DNA from: Bacteroidales bacterium
Lineage (GTDB): Bacteria > Bacteroidota > Bacteroidia > Bacteroidales > TTA-H9
DNA: 64,000 nt
Direction: 5' to 3'
NCBI GenBank assembly: GCA_030656615.1
Contig: JAUSOY010000061.1
Coordinates: 25,319 to 89,318, forward strand
A program made the position numbers and the translations under genes. Shown piece after piece: positions 1 through 9,199 of this stretch (positions are counted from its first letter, which is position 1; each line of letters opens with the position of its first letter). The notes below the pieces were generated by a model. It had not been told where the DNA came from. It saw only the letters and a list, made by a program, of their open reading frames with translations, and did not search any database.

Positions 1-1092
1 GACAAAGGAATTTTTCCGAAAGCTTTCTGCAAAATAGTTCCGGATTATCTTGGCAACGACCCGGAGTATTGCAATTTGGTTCATGCCGATGGAGCTGGTA
101 CAAAAAGCTCCTTAGCATATATTTATTGGAAAGAAACAGGTGATTTATCGGTATGGAAAGGAATTGCTCAGGATGCTATCGTAATGAATACCGATGATTT
201 ATTGTGCGCCGGCGTCACCGGCTCCATGTTATTATCAAGCACCATTGGCAGAAATAAACGATTAATACCAGGAGAAGTTATTACTGCGCTAATTCAGGGC
301 ACCGAAGAAATTCTGGAGCAGATGCGATCTTTGGGCGTTGGAATCTGGTCGACGGGTGGTGAAACGGCTGATGTTGGCGACCTGGTGCGTACAATTATTG
401 TTGATAGCACCGTAGTAAGTCGTATAAAACGCGACCAGATAATTAGTAATGATAAGGTGAAAGCCGGCGATGTAATCGTGGGTTTAGCATCCTTCGGCCG
501 GTCTAAATATGAAACCACATATAATGGTGGAATGGGTAGTAACGGACTTACTTCAGCCCGGCATGACGTATTTCAGAAAATATTTGCCAGAAAATATCCT
601 GAGAGTTATGACCCGGAAATTCCGGCAGATTTGGCTTATTCAGGCAAACGATTTTTAACGGAAGCCTCAGAGGTTCCCGGAATTAATATTGGTCAGCTTG
701 TTTTATCACCCACGCGCACCTACGCTCCGGTCATAAACCGAATTTTAAAGGATTTGCGCCCATACGTACATGGGATGATTCATTGCACTGGCGGTGGGCA
801 AACTAAGGTGCTGCATTTTGTGGATAATCTTCGGATTATCAAAGACAATCTTTTTCCAATACCTCCGCTGTTTAAACTAATCCAGGCAGAATCGTTAACG
901 GCCTGGCACGAAATGTACCGGGTCTTTAATATGGGTCATCGAATTGAGTTGTACGTACAGCCAGAAATTGCTGCCGAAATAATATCCATTTCTGAAAGCT
1001 TTGGAATAGATGCCCGAATTATTGGCCGATGCGAGTCGTCTGATAAGTCATCCTTACACATCCGTACATCCCACGGAGAATTTATATATTAA
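1..1092 (+). CDS. purM: AIR synthase-related protein / phosphoribosylformylglycinamidine cyclo-ligase, 5' end outside window
   Basis: Frame 1 is open from base 1 (DKGIFPKAFCKIVPDYLGNDPEYCNLVHADGAGTK...), so the ORF-track start at 76 is not the real start. PurM-family motifs HADGAGTK, STGGETAD and HCTGGGQTK are present. Confidence 0.8.
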   Translation, partial: DKGIFPKAFCKIVPDYLGNDPEYCNLVHADGAGTKSSLAYIYWKETGDLSVWKGIAQDAIVMNTDDLLCAGVTGSMLLSSTIGRNKRLIPGEVITALIQGTEEILEQMRSLGVGIWSTGGETADVGDLVRTIIVDSTVVSRIKRDQIISNDKVKAGDVIVGLASFGRSKYETTYNGGMGSNGLTSARHDVFQKIFARKYPESYDPEIPADLAYSGKRFLTEASEVPGINIGQLVLSPTRTYAPVINRILKDLRPYVHGMIHCTGGGQTKVLHFVDNLRIIKDNLFPIPPLFKLIQAESLTAWHEMYRVFNMGHRIELYVQPEIAAEIISISESFGIDARIIGRCESSDKSSLHIRTSHGEFIY

Positions 1093-1631
1093 TTGCTTTT
1101 TGGAGGATTAACATAAGCTTTTTGCATCTTCTCCTTCAATGCCTGTAAATTTTCCTGCTGTCTGAAAAGATTTTCACCAAACGACACTAATGGAGTAACC
1201 GTTGTCAGAGCCACGTCATTCAATGGATTTAAGTTCATTATATTACGGAGCGCCACATTGTTTTCCGCTTGAATTATAAACGCACATCCGGATTTAATGG
1301 CGAAAATTCCCCCAAAAATCGGAACACCTGCTTTTCGCAGACTGTCAATATATAAATAACCTGGTAGCAGTCGACTTTCAATATAACCCGCTTCTTCAAG
1401 AATAGACATGGAGGGCTTGATGGGCTGAATTTCCATGGTCACCAAATACAGATTCCGCGGAACATAAATTCTGGAAGTATCAAAAGAGCCCATTAAAGAA
1501 TCTACTACCTTGATTTTCATATTATCCGATTTATCAGGCGGGTTGCAGGACACGCACAACATAAATATGAAATATAAGGACAGGAGGCTGATAAAGTTTT
1601 TTGACCAGTGAAACCAATTAATCCTTTTCAT
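1089..1631 (-). CDS. hypothetical lipoprotein
   Basis: 180-aa ORF with a lipoprotein-type signal (LSLYFIFMLCVSC). It overlaps the upstream ORF by 14 nt. No family recognised. Confidence 0.55.
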   Translation of the reverse strand: MKRINWFHWSKNFISLLSLYFIFMLCVSCNPPDKSDNMKIKVVDSLMGSFDTSRIYVPRNLYLVTMEIQPIKPSMSILEEAGYIESRLLPGYLYIDSLRKAGVPIFGGIFAIKSGCAFIIQAENNVALRNIMNLNPLNDVALTTVTPLVSFGENLFRQQENLQALKEKMQKAYVNPPKSN

Positions 1632-2163
1632 AAATTTTATTTTTTAACACTAAGTAATTTAGGGTTGTTATAAATTCATCCGGACAGCGGGTACCTAAAA
1701 TCAGGGTTTTGCCATCAATAAACTCAAATTCAATGGCATTATTTCCATCCATTACAATGCTACGCCGGGTGGTTGTCCCTGTAAAGCCAATTCCAGAGAA
1801 CGCTGCATTCTTCTGCAAATCAAGAAGCCGAAAATTACGGATGGTATAAATAGGAAACAATCGCGAAGGCATCAGAAAGAAAAACCCAACACGAAGGCCA
1901 AGAGATGAAAGCTCTACCTTTAAAGATACTTTTGAGAATAGAATAAATGAAGATAATAGCAGGATAGCATTAAGCATTCCAAAAACAATCACTCCGGAAT
2001 CAATACGAAAAGCAATATTAAATATCGCTTTGGTAAATATTTGATAAAAAATCAAGTATCCCAAAATGGCAATTCCAAACAAAACTGAAACAATCATAAT
2101 GGCCCAGACCCACCATTGCTGCACTTTCTGTTTCTCGTAAAAAAAAACCGGGGTGTTTTTCAT
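1618..2163 (-). CDS. hypothetical membrane protein
   Basis: 181-aa ORF with hydrophobic N-terminal helices followed by a soluble C-terminal domain. ATGA 4-nt overlap with the upstream GNAT gene. Confidence 0.55.
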   Translation of the reverse strand: MKNTPVFFYEKQKVQQWWVWAIMIVSVLFGIAILGYLIFYQIFTKAIFNIAFRIDSGVIVFGMLNAILLLSSFILFSKVSLKVELSSLGLRVGFFFLMPSRLFPIYTIRNFRLLDLQKNAAFSGIGFTGTTTRRSIVMDGNNAIEFEFIDGKTLILGTRCPDEFITTLNYLVLKNKIYEKD

Positions 2164-2651
2164 TCAGATACAGGATTAAATTCCGGCTTTAACAGACCAT
2201 ACTGAATAATATCATGGTATTCGCCATCAATATACTTCGCTTTTCGAAGTACCCCTTCCTTTACAAATCCCAAGCATTCAAACATCTTGATGGAATGGAA
2301 ATTATCATGATTTATTTGAGCTTCCAAACGATAAAAATTCAGCGTATCAAACGAAAAATGGATTATCCGCAACACCGCCTCACGACCAAATCCCTGATGT
2401 TGAAATTCGTTGCTAATCATTACGCTAATTTCTGCTTTTCTGTTTAACCACTTTATATTCTTCAAACTTACCTCACCGATGAGTTTCTTTTTAAAAATTA
2501 CACGAAAGCTCATGGTCGATGGCATCTCGCTACCATGCAACCTAAGTTCGGACATAAAACGTAAATCATCATAGTCGTCAAAGAGCTGTTTTAACTCAGC
2601 ATCATCGGACACGGTACGGGTAAGAGTGAGGCGGCCTGAACGAATATACAT
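2160..2651 (-). CDS. GNAT family N-acetyltransferase (RimJ/RimL-like)
   Basis: 163 aa with an acetyl-CoA binding-type motif (QHQGFGREAV) and typical GNAT length and layout. Confidence 0.8.
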   Translation of the reverse strand: MYIRSGRLTLTRTVSDDAELKQLFDDYDDLRFMSELRLHGSEMPSTMSFRVIFKKKLIGEVSLKNIKWLNRKAEISVMISNEFQHQGFGREAVLRIIHFSFDTLNFYRLEAQINHDNFHSIKMFECLGFVKEGVLRKAKYIDGEYHDIIQYGLLKPEFNPVSE

Positions 2652-2652
2652 G

Positions 2653-3108
2653 CTAATTATCTTTTAAAACAATTTCATCGTATTCGAGTTCGAAACGCAA
2701 TTTATGCTTTGATTCCTCAAAAGCCAGAGACTGAAAAACATTTTTAATTTCTTCATTTTTTGCTTGGCCAGCCAATTCAGTATACATTCTAAAGGCAGCA
2801 AGTTCTTTACGCATGGCTAACTGAAGAGCTTCGGCATATGAAAGAGAAGTAGAAGGAATAACATCCACCAGATAATCAGCAATCCGGAGGTCAAGCACAC
2901 GCTCAGCAGATAACTGGAAAAGACCACTTGATTGTATCTGCAATAATTTCATTTTATGACCCATTTCCTCCTGTGCGTACTGAACAAAGGCTTTTCGCAT
3001 CCCTTCTGACTGAGCCGAATTTGATAAGTAGTTATAAAAATCAACGGCTTCCTGTTCGGCTTGTATGGCAAAATCTAAAACCTCATCAATGGTATTAAAT
3101 GTTCTCAT
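2653..3108 (-). CDS. ferritin-like / rubrerythrin-family diiron protein
   Basis: 151 aa with two E...ExxH pairs (EQEAVDFY...EEMGH and RKELAAF...EESKH) typical of four-helix-bundle diiron proteins. Confidence 0.7.
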   Translation of the reverse strand: MRTFNTIDEVLDFAIQAEQEAVDFYNYLSNSAQSEGMRKAFVQYAQEEMGHKMKLLQIQSSGLFQLSAERVLDLRIADYLVDVIPSTSLSYAEALQLAMRKELAAFRMYTELAGQAKNEEIKNVFQSLAFEESKHKLRFELEYDEIVLKDN

Positions 3109-3280
3109 AATATAGTCCTGGTTATTGGGTTGTTTACAAATTTAAGGAATTCACAACGATAAAGTGTCATCGGTAAAACAAAATTGATGGAAAGATTTCA
3201 GGTGACGAAAGTCTGTCATATAAAAACTTTTTCTTTCTTTGCGTGTTTAATGATTACACTGCCAGCTTTCAACAAAAAGG

Positions 3281-4159
3281 ATGACTACTACATACTCGAT
3301 AAAAGATCTTGAAAAATTCTCCGGAATAAAAGCCCATACCATAAGGATTTGGGAGAAGCGTTTTCAGATCTTCACTCCTGATCGCACCGAAACAAACATC
3401 AGGCGGTATTCGGAAGAAGAGCTAAAGTATCTTTTAAATGTCTCTGTTCTGTATAACAAGGGCATGAAGATTTCGGAAATCATGAATCTTCCTCCCGATT
3501 TAATGCGTGAACGGGTCATGCAATTAGCTATACAATCGGATGGAATTGAAAGTCATCTGGAGAATCTCGTCATTGCAATGATCGAATTAAACGAGGATCT
3601 TTTTGATAAGACGTTTAATACTTCCATGATTAAGTTGGGTTTCGAAAAAACAATAATTCAACTAATCTATCCGTTTTTTGAAAAAATCGGGCTATTATGG
3701 CAAACCGGAAGCATAATTCCCACCCAGGAACACTTCATTTCCAACCTGATTCGTCAGAAACTAATCGTAGCCATCGATTCTATAACTGCTCCACGTTCAG
3801 CCACAGCTAAAAGCTTCCTGTTATATCTGCCAGAGAACGAATGGCATGAACTTGGACTATTATTCAAACATTATCTGATTAAAAAGCGAGGACACCGAGT
3901 TATTTATCTGGGCCCTAATGTGCCCTTCGGAAATCTAAAAACCGTAATTCAAAGTGTCAAACCATGTTGTATCGTCGGGCAATATATCACCTCACGTTCG
4001 TTTGAAGAATCAAAAACTGATTTACAAAATCTTGCTGAATACGCATCTTCGATTCAGATTTTCATTTCCGGGAACTTTTTACAGAAAAATCCGGATTTGC
4101 TCCCCAAGGGTTTATTGGCCTACAAAAACATCTACGAATTCCTAGAACAGACTGAGTAA
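3281..4159 (+). CDS. MerR-family transcriptional regulator with B12-binding domain (CarH/LitR-type candidate photoreceptor)
   Basis: N-terminal MerR HTH (IKDLEKFSGIKAHTIRIWEKR). Wx9EH motif at W140-E150-H151 (LLWQTGSIIPTQEH). ExHxxG motif at E187-H189-G192 (ENEWHELG), followed by a Rossmann-like segment. Confidence 0.8.
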   Translation: MTTTYSIKDLEKFSGIKAHTIRIWEKRFQIFTPDRTETNIRRYSEEELKYLLNVSVLYNKGMKISEIMNLPPDLMRERVMQLAIQSDGIESHLENLVIAMIELNEDLFDKTFNTSMIKLGFEKTIIQLIYPFFEKIGLLWQTGSIIPTQEHFISNLIRQKLIVAIDSITAPRSATAKSFLLYLPENEWHELGLLFKHYLIKKRGHRVIYLGPNVPFGNLKTVIQSVKPCCIVGQYITSRSFEESKTDLQNLAEYASSIQIFISGNFLQKNPDLLPKGLLAYKNIYEFLEQTE

Positions 4160-4339
4160 CCCAACGATTTTTGTTTAATTTCTGTTCAATCCCTTTTTTA
4201 ACATTTTAAACAGTAGATGTGTCTAGAAAAAATATTTTTTATAGATTTATGTTTCTGTTTTTGTGCGTTTTAGATGTTTTTATTTAGAACTATTAAAAAT
4301 TATTTTGTTAAAACACTTGACAAATGGCTTCTTTTTGTT

Positions 4340-4347
4340 TAAATTTG
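4340..4347 (+). promoter_or_regulatory. Bacteroidota -7 box TAAATTTG upstream of ECF sigma gene
   Basis: Matches the TAnnTTTG consensus. A TTGAC lies ~20 nt upstream and the ATG is 54 nt downstream. Confidence 0.5.
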
Positions 4348-4400
4348 TAGTAAATCAGTTAAACAACTTGTGAAGTAATTAACAATAAAAAACGCAAGAA

Positions 4401-4907
4401 ATGACCACAATCGAATTCAATTATAAACTACTCACACTCGAACAGAGTTTGAAAAATTTTGCATACTCCCTAACCATGAACAGCGATGACGCCAATGATT
4501 TGGTACAGGATACTTTTTTGAAAGCTATAACCTATCGGGAGAAATTTCAGCCAAATACCAATCTGAAGGCATGGGCCTACACGATTATGAAAAACACCTT
4601 CATCAATAATTATCGAAAGAAAGTTCGCGAAAAAAGTTTCGTTGATACAACAGACGATTTATATTTTCTAAACTTAAGCAATAATATGGTTAACGAATCG
4701 CCAGATTCAGTTCTCAGAACAAAAGAAATTTCAAAAACGGTTAAAAACCTGACCAACGATCATCGTATACCTTTTGAAATGCACACCCATGGATATAAAT
4801 ATAAAGAAATCGCCGAACACATGAACTTGTCCATTGGAACTGTTAAGAGTCGTATATTCTTTAGCCGTAAAAAGCTCATGTCGTCACTAAAAGACTACGG
4901 AAACTAA
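4401..4907 (+). CDS. RNA polymerase ECF-type sigma-70 family factor
   Basis: 168 aa with a region 2 motif (DDANDLVQDTFLKA...WAYTIMKNTFINNYRK) and a region 4 HTH (YKEIAEHMNLSIGTVKSRIFFSRKKL). Confidence 0.85.
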   Translation: MTTIEFNYKLLTLEQSLKNFAYSLTMNSDDANDLVQDTFLKAITYREKFQPNTNLKAWAYTIMKNTFINNYRKKVREKSFVDTTDDLYFLNLSNNMVNESPDSVLRTKEISKTVKNLTNDHRIPFEMHTHGYKYKEIAEHMNLSIGTVKSRIFFSRKKLMSSLKDYGN

Positions 4908-4976
4908 ATACCAATGTCCATACAAGACTAATGGACACAAACATTCGTTTTTACTAATCCAACCAAAGTTTGATTA

Positions 4977-5014
4977 AAACGAGGAAGATGCATTACCTTC
5001 CTCGTTTGTTTTTT
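4977..5014. terminator. intrinsic terminator between convergent sigma and SRPBCC genes
   Basis: 11-bp stem aaacgaggaag/cttcctcgttt with a 9-nt loop, followed by TTTGTTTTTT. Confidence 0.7.
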
Positions 5015-5484
5015 AGACTTCCAAAGATAGAAACAAGCTTTAGCCTCCTATAACGAAATATGTAACGTAAGCGAGGATAAACTATCCATTTATCAATAAC
5101 AAAGCCAATAAAACCATAACCAAGATCGTATTGCACCGTATCAAGTATACGCATCCCACCTTTGATTTTAATAAATTCGTGCGTATGTTCCCAAATTTTA
5201 AAAGGACCTTTCTGTTGTACGTCAATAAAACGTTCCGGCGCTTCAGATAAAGCAATTTCAGTAACCCAGTTTACCTGATAGAAGGGGAAAGGTTTAATAA
5301 GATACTTAATACGAAAGCCTGTGTGAATTTCTGGTAAAAGTTCAGATATTATTCTAAACTTCATATCAGGTGGTGTAATCAAATCCAGATTAGTAGGATT
5401 TGAAAAAAAATCCCAGCACTGTTTCTGATCGATCGGTAATGTTTGTTCAAACTTTATAATTCTAAGCATATCAAACTTAAACAA
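4993..5484 (-). CDS. SRPBCC (START/cyclase-dehydrase-like) family protein
   Basis: 163 aa with the FKIWEHTHEF-type motif common in SRPBCC ligand-binding proteins. The 3' end overlaps the terminator hairpin of the convergent sigma gene. Confidence 0.65.
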   Translation of the reverse strand: MFKFDMLRIIKFEQTLPIDQKQCWDFFSNPTNLDLITPPDMKFRIISELLPEIHTGFRIKYLIKPFPFYQVNWVTEIALSEAPERFIDVQQKGPFKIWEHTHEFIKIKGGMRILDTVQYDLGYGFIGFVIDKWIVYPRLRYIFRYRRLKLVSIFGSLKNKRGR

Positions 5485-5643
5485 TGCTTCTTTGTTTTAG
5501 TTTACAATATCTCTGCTAAAAAGCAACCAATTACTTGCACAATTAAAGGTTTTTAAAGTAATTTCGTGTTTCAAAAAAATGCTTATTATTTTAAACAGCA
5601 ATAAACACCTATCAAACCAATTATAACCATAATCCCGAGAACC

Positions 5644-8025
5644 ATGAGAAAAATTAGCCAATTCTTGTTTTTTATAATTATCCTGCTTTCGTTTGCCAAT
5701 CAGGCCAATGCTCAGGCTAGGGTTCAATTTATACATAATTCTCCAGACCTGCTCCTCGACTCCATTGATATCTATATCAATAAAACAAAGGTTCTTAATG
5801 ATTTCAAATTCAGAACAGCTTCAGGATTCATGGATGCGTTTACTGGTGTGAATTTAGTAATCGATATCTGTGATCCTACAACCACCACGCCATCCAATGC
5901 CCTGGCTACATTCACTACCCAGTTTGTTGCGAACAATAAATACATCATCGTTACTTCCGGTGAACTATCTCCGCTTGGTTATAATCCTTATCGCCCTTTT
6001 TCGCTACAATCATATAATCTGGCCCGGGAAAATGCGATTACTTCAACCAATACTGACCTGATGTATTTTCATGGATCGCCTGATTCGCCCACTGTTGATT
6101 TATGGCTAAACGGAACAGGGATATTATCCGAAGACTTGGCTTTCAATAGTTTTGATGAGTATTCTGAAATCCCAACCGCTGACTATGTTCTTGAATTAAA
6201 AGATTCGACCAGCCTGACTATAATAAACAGTTATGATTTAAAATTAGCCGAATGGGGCATGAACGGTTTATCCGGAATCCTTCTTACTTCGGGTTTTGTA
6301 AATCCTTCTTCCAATAATTTCGGTTCTCCATTTGGAATATTTATTGCTCCCAGTACTGGAGGTGCCTTTGTAGAAGTTCCCCCGGTTCACGTACCTACTG
6401 CATATCTTCAGGTAATTCATAACTCAGCCGACTTAAGCCTTAGCGTTGTTGATATCTGGGTAAACGATAAAATTGTTGCTAACGACCTTACTTTTCGCAA
6501 TGCGATTTCATTTATTGAACTTGATGGCGATGCAAGTGCCACTGTTGCCATATTACCATCGAATTCTACCAGCCCAGCCAATCCATTGGCATCATTAACA
6601 GCAACTTTTGCTGATGGCGTAAGTTATGTACTCACCACCGCCGGAATCAAAAGCAGTTCAGGTTATAATCCTATGAAGCCTTTTGAAATAAAAAAATTCG
6701 ATAATGCCCGTCAACAAGCCTCCATCACAAATAATACAGATATTCTGTTCTTCCATGGCACAACGGATTTAGAGTCAGTTAATATTACTGAAACTGGCGC
6801 TGGAATTGGTAGTATTGCTACGAATTTATCCTATTCGAATTATCAGGGTTATAAAAACCTGTTGACTGCTGACTATATTTTTACCGTTAAAAATATAGCA
6901 GGAGACGTTAGTTATGGTGATTATATCGCACCACTTTCCCAGTTGGGAATGGCTGGAAAAGCCATCACAATTGTTTGCTCAGGATTTTTAAACCCGGAGA
7001 CTAATAGTAATGGCGAAAAATTTGGTTTATACGTTGCACGTGCTACAGGCGGCAGTTTAATACCACTACTGCCATACACACCTCCAACAACCTCCGATAT
7101 ACAATTTATCCATAATTCTGCTGATACCGCTTTATCCGTTGTAGATGTATGGGTTGATGATCAATTGATTATTGATAATCTGGAGTTCGGCAAAGCTTCT
7201 CCTTTTCATGAAGTTTTAAGTGGTAGCGCGGTTAAGGTATCGATTGCTACCAGCAACAGTACCAGTTCTTTAAATCCAATCATTAGTCAGGAAGTAAATA
7301 TACAGCCTGGCAAAAAAAACATGCTAGTTATCCATGGCATACAATCGGCTACCGGGTACGAACCTAAGAAAGAATTGGCCCTTGAACTAAAAACCAACAT
7401 TCGTACACTTGCCCTCAACCCCTTGAATACCGATGTAAACATTTTCCATGGTTGCACCGATGCTCCAGAAATTGATGTTTATGAATTTACCAGCGGCGCT
7501 TTATTACAAGATATAGGATTTGGAAGCTTTTCCGATTACGCAGAGCGCGTTACGGCCAATGGAGGAATCCACATTTATGATCCACAAGCACAAATCATCG
7601 AATCATATACAACTCCCCTTCTTACAATGGGATTTGCAGGAAAAGCTCTAACGATGATTACTTCGGGATTTATAAATCCGATTGTTAATAGTAATGGTCC
7701 TGCTTTTGGAGTTTATATCATTCCTTTGAATGGTGGAAATCTGATACCTCTTCAAAAAGTAACAGGGATTGAAAATCCTAATTCACTAGTAGCCAGTATT
7801 TACCCGAATCCAGCAAGTCAGTTTTTGTATATCAAATCAGCGTTGAATGAAAAAACCAAAGTTGATATTCAGTTAATGACCATCGACGGAAGTATTGTTC
7901 GTAAAACACAAAGTCAAGGCAGTGAAATTATACAGATCGCTATAGACCAGCTTCCTTCAGGAATTTATCTTCTTAAACTTATCAGTGAAGGCCGAGTTTC
8001 TACAAATAAAGTAGTTATTCAGTAA
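5644..8025 (+). CDS. secreted DUF4397-repeat protein with T9SS C-terminal sorting domain
   Basis: Signal peptide (LLSFANQANAQA). Three ~230-aa internal repeats each open with (V/I)QFIHNS(P/A)D and contain FFHG/IFHG and TSGF(V/L/I)NP. The C-terminus (IYPNPASQFLYIKS...GIYLLKL...KVVIQ) is T9SS CTD-like. Confidence 0.8.
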   Translation: MRKISQFLFFIIILLSFANQANAQARVQFIHNSPDLLLDSIDIYINKTKVLNDFKFRTASGFMDAFTGVNLVIDICDPTTTTPSNALATFTTQFVANNKYIIVTSGELSPLGYNPYRPFSLQSYNLARENAITSTNTDLMYFHGSPDSPTVDLWLNGTGILSEDLAFNSFDEYSEIPTADYVLELKDSTSLTIINSYDLKLAEWGMNGLSGILLTSGFVNPSSNNFGSPFGIFIAPSTGGAFVEVPPVHVPTAYLQVIHNSADLSLSVVDIWVNDKIVANDLTFRNAISFIELDGDASATVAILPSNSTSPANPLASLTATFADGVSYVLTTAGIKSSSGYNPMKPFEIKKFDNARQQASITNNTDILFFHGTTDLESVNITETGAGIGSIATNLSYSNYQGYKNLLTADYIFTVKNIAGDVSYGDYIAPLSQLGMAGKAITIVCSGFLNPETNSNGEKFGLYVARATGGSLIPLLPYTPPTTSDIQFIHNSADTALSVVDVWVDDQLIIDNLEFGKASPFHEVLSGSAVKVSIATSNSTSSLNPIISQEVNIQPGKKNMLVIHGIQSATGYEPKKELALELKTNIRTLALNPLNTDVNIFHGCTDAPEIDVYEFTSGALLQDIGFGSFSDYAERVTANGGIHIYDPQAQIIESYTTPLLTMGFAGKALTMITSGFINPIVNSNGPAFGVYIIPLNGGNLIPLQKVTGIENPNSLVASIYPNPASQFLYIKSALNEKTKVDIQLMTIDGSIVRKTQSQGSEIIQIAIDQLPSGIYLLKLISEGRVSTNKVVIQ

Positions 8026-8040
8026 TAATATTCTTTTAAA

Positions 8041-8078
8041 AGGCGAGGGCAGGCAGATTAATCTGCCTGCCCTCGCCT
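8041..8078. terminator. bidirectional intrinsic terminator (perfect 18-bp GC-rich palindrome)
   Basis: aggcgagggcaggcagat-ta-atctgcctgccctcgcct, flanked by AAAA on the 5' side and TTTT on the 3' side, between convergent genes. Confidence 0.85.
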
Positions 8079-8098
8079 TTTAAATTCAATAATCTTGT

Positions 8099-8710
8099 TT
8101 AAAACAAACTTTTCTTGGCATCCGTTTTAATAAAATCAATGGCTTTAGGAATAGAAAACCTTTCTGAATCTTCCATCTTTTCTAAAACCGATGTTGCCAG
8201 TGAAGCAGCCATTGCATTGTCTTCCATTGCTGCAGCAGAAGTATTAACCAATCGAATCAGTTCTTCTTTTACTTTTCTGATATTTTCCCATGATTCGACA
8301 TCAACGTATAATTGTTGCGATAGATTATGCTCAAATTCTTCCCTAATCGCAGAAATCATCGCCGTTTGTAACTGAAAAGCACTCATTCCCTTCTGACTCA
8401 CCCGCAATATTAATGAAGACGGATTAATACGTTCTAATAATAAAATACAACGTTCATACGCCTGCAACTGTAGTGGAAGTGTATGCTTTCGCATTTCCAA
8501 TTTGCCTTGTTCTGCGCGATAACGTTCCTCTCTGTCCATAAATCCTTTTAACATCAACAATAAGACATCTTCTCTTCCCGATGATGGGTTTTTAATACCT
8601 TTTTCATGCATTGCTGTAACGCTTTTCTGAAAAAAGAACACTGCAACCACTGCAATTATAACCGAAGGCAGTATACATAAAAGATAAAACCATAAATGTA
8701 GATTTTCCAT
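8099..8710 (-). CDS. hypothetical membrane-anchored protein
   Basis: 203-aa ORF with a single N-terminal TM helix (LWFYLLCILPSVIIAVVAVFFF) and a helical soluble part. No family recognised. Confidence 0.5.
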   Translation of the reverse strand: MENLHLWFYLLCILPSVIIAVVAVFFFQKSVTAMHEKGIKNPSSGREDVLLLMLKGFMDREERYRAEQGKLEMRKHTLPLQLQAYERCILLLERINPSSLILRVSQKGMSAFQLQTAMISAIREEFEHNLSQQLYVDVESWENIRKVKEELIRLVNTSAAAMEDNAMAASLATSVLEKMEDSERFSIPKAIDFIKTDAKKSLF

Positions 8711-8722
8711 ATTTCTAATAAT

Positions 8723-9190
8723 TTACAAATTCGAATATTTAATCAATTCAATTTTTCTGGGTTCTTTAGCACTACACCTTTTTAAACCATTGTACCAGAC
8801 ATCTGTACAAATTAGATTACTATTGTTCATATTAAACTTACAACGGATTGTATCCATATCCACGTCATTTAAAAGAATACACGTGCTGGAATATTCCTTT
8901 TCCAGATAATCAGAGGGAAAAAGTCTCATGATAAATTTACCTGATACTTTGTAGAAAAAATACATTTGCGGATAATCCAGATTTCCACGAAAAACTTCTT
9001 CTAATTCTCCATTCTTTTCAAAAAAAACACGAATATCCGGTGAGCCAGCCAGAGTATCGAAGAAATTCGAACCATCCGGTTTAATAAAATGAATATCAGT
9101 AGCCGTATCCACAATTACGCAACAATCTGAATTATCGGAACAGGATATCATCAGAAACAACAAACTTATAAAAACCAAAATTTTACGCAT
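8723..9190 (-). CDS. hypothetical lipoprotein
   Basis: 155-aa ORF with a lipoprotein signal (LVFISLLFLMISCSD). No family recognised. Confidence 0.5.
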   Translation of the reverse strand: MRKILVFISLLFLMISCSDNSDCCVIVDTATDIHFIKPDGSNFFDTLAGSPDIRVFFEKNGELEEVFRGNLDYPQMYFFYKVSGKFIMRLFPSDYLEKEYSSTCILLNDVDMDTIRCKFNMNNSNLICTDVWYNGLKRCSAKEPRKIELIKYSNL

Positions 9191-9199
9191 CGTATTATT

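Noticed and set aside
1089-1092. 4-nt overlap of convergent stop codons (purM TAA and the lipoprotein gene TAA share TTAA); similar 3' overlaps at 35839-35852 and 45286-45290
   Set aside because: This is compact-genome packing rather than a functional element. It is noted only because no terminator can separate these convergent pairs.
5497-5736. 79-aa minus-strand ORF overlapping the start of the DUF4397 gene
   Set aside because: It overlaps the signal-peptide region and promoter of a supported gene and has no recognisable features.
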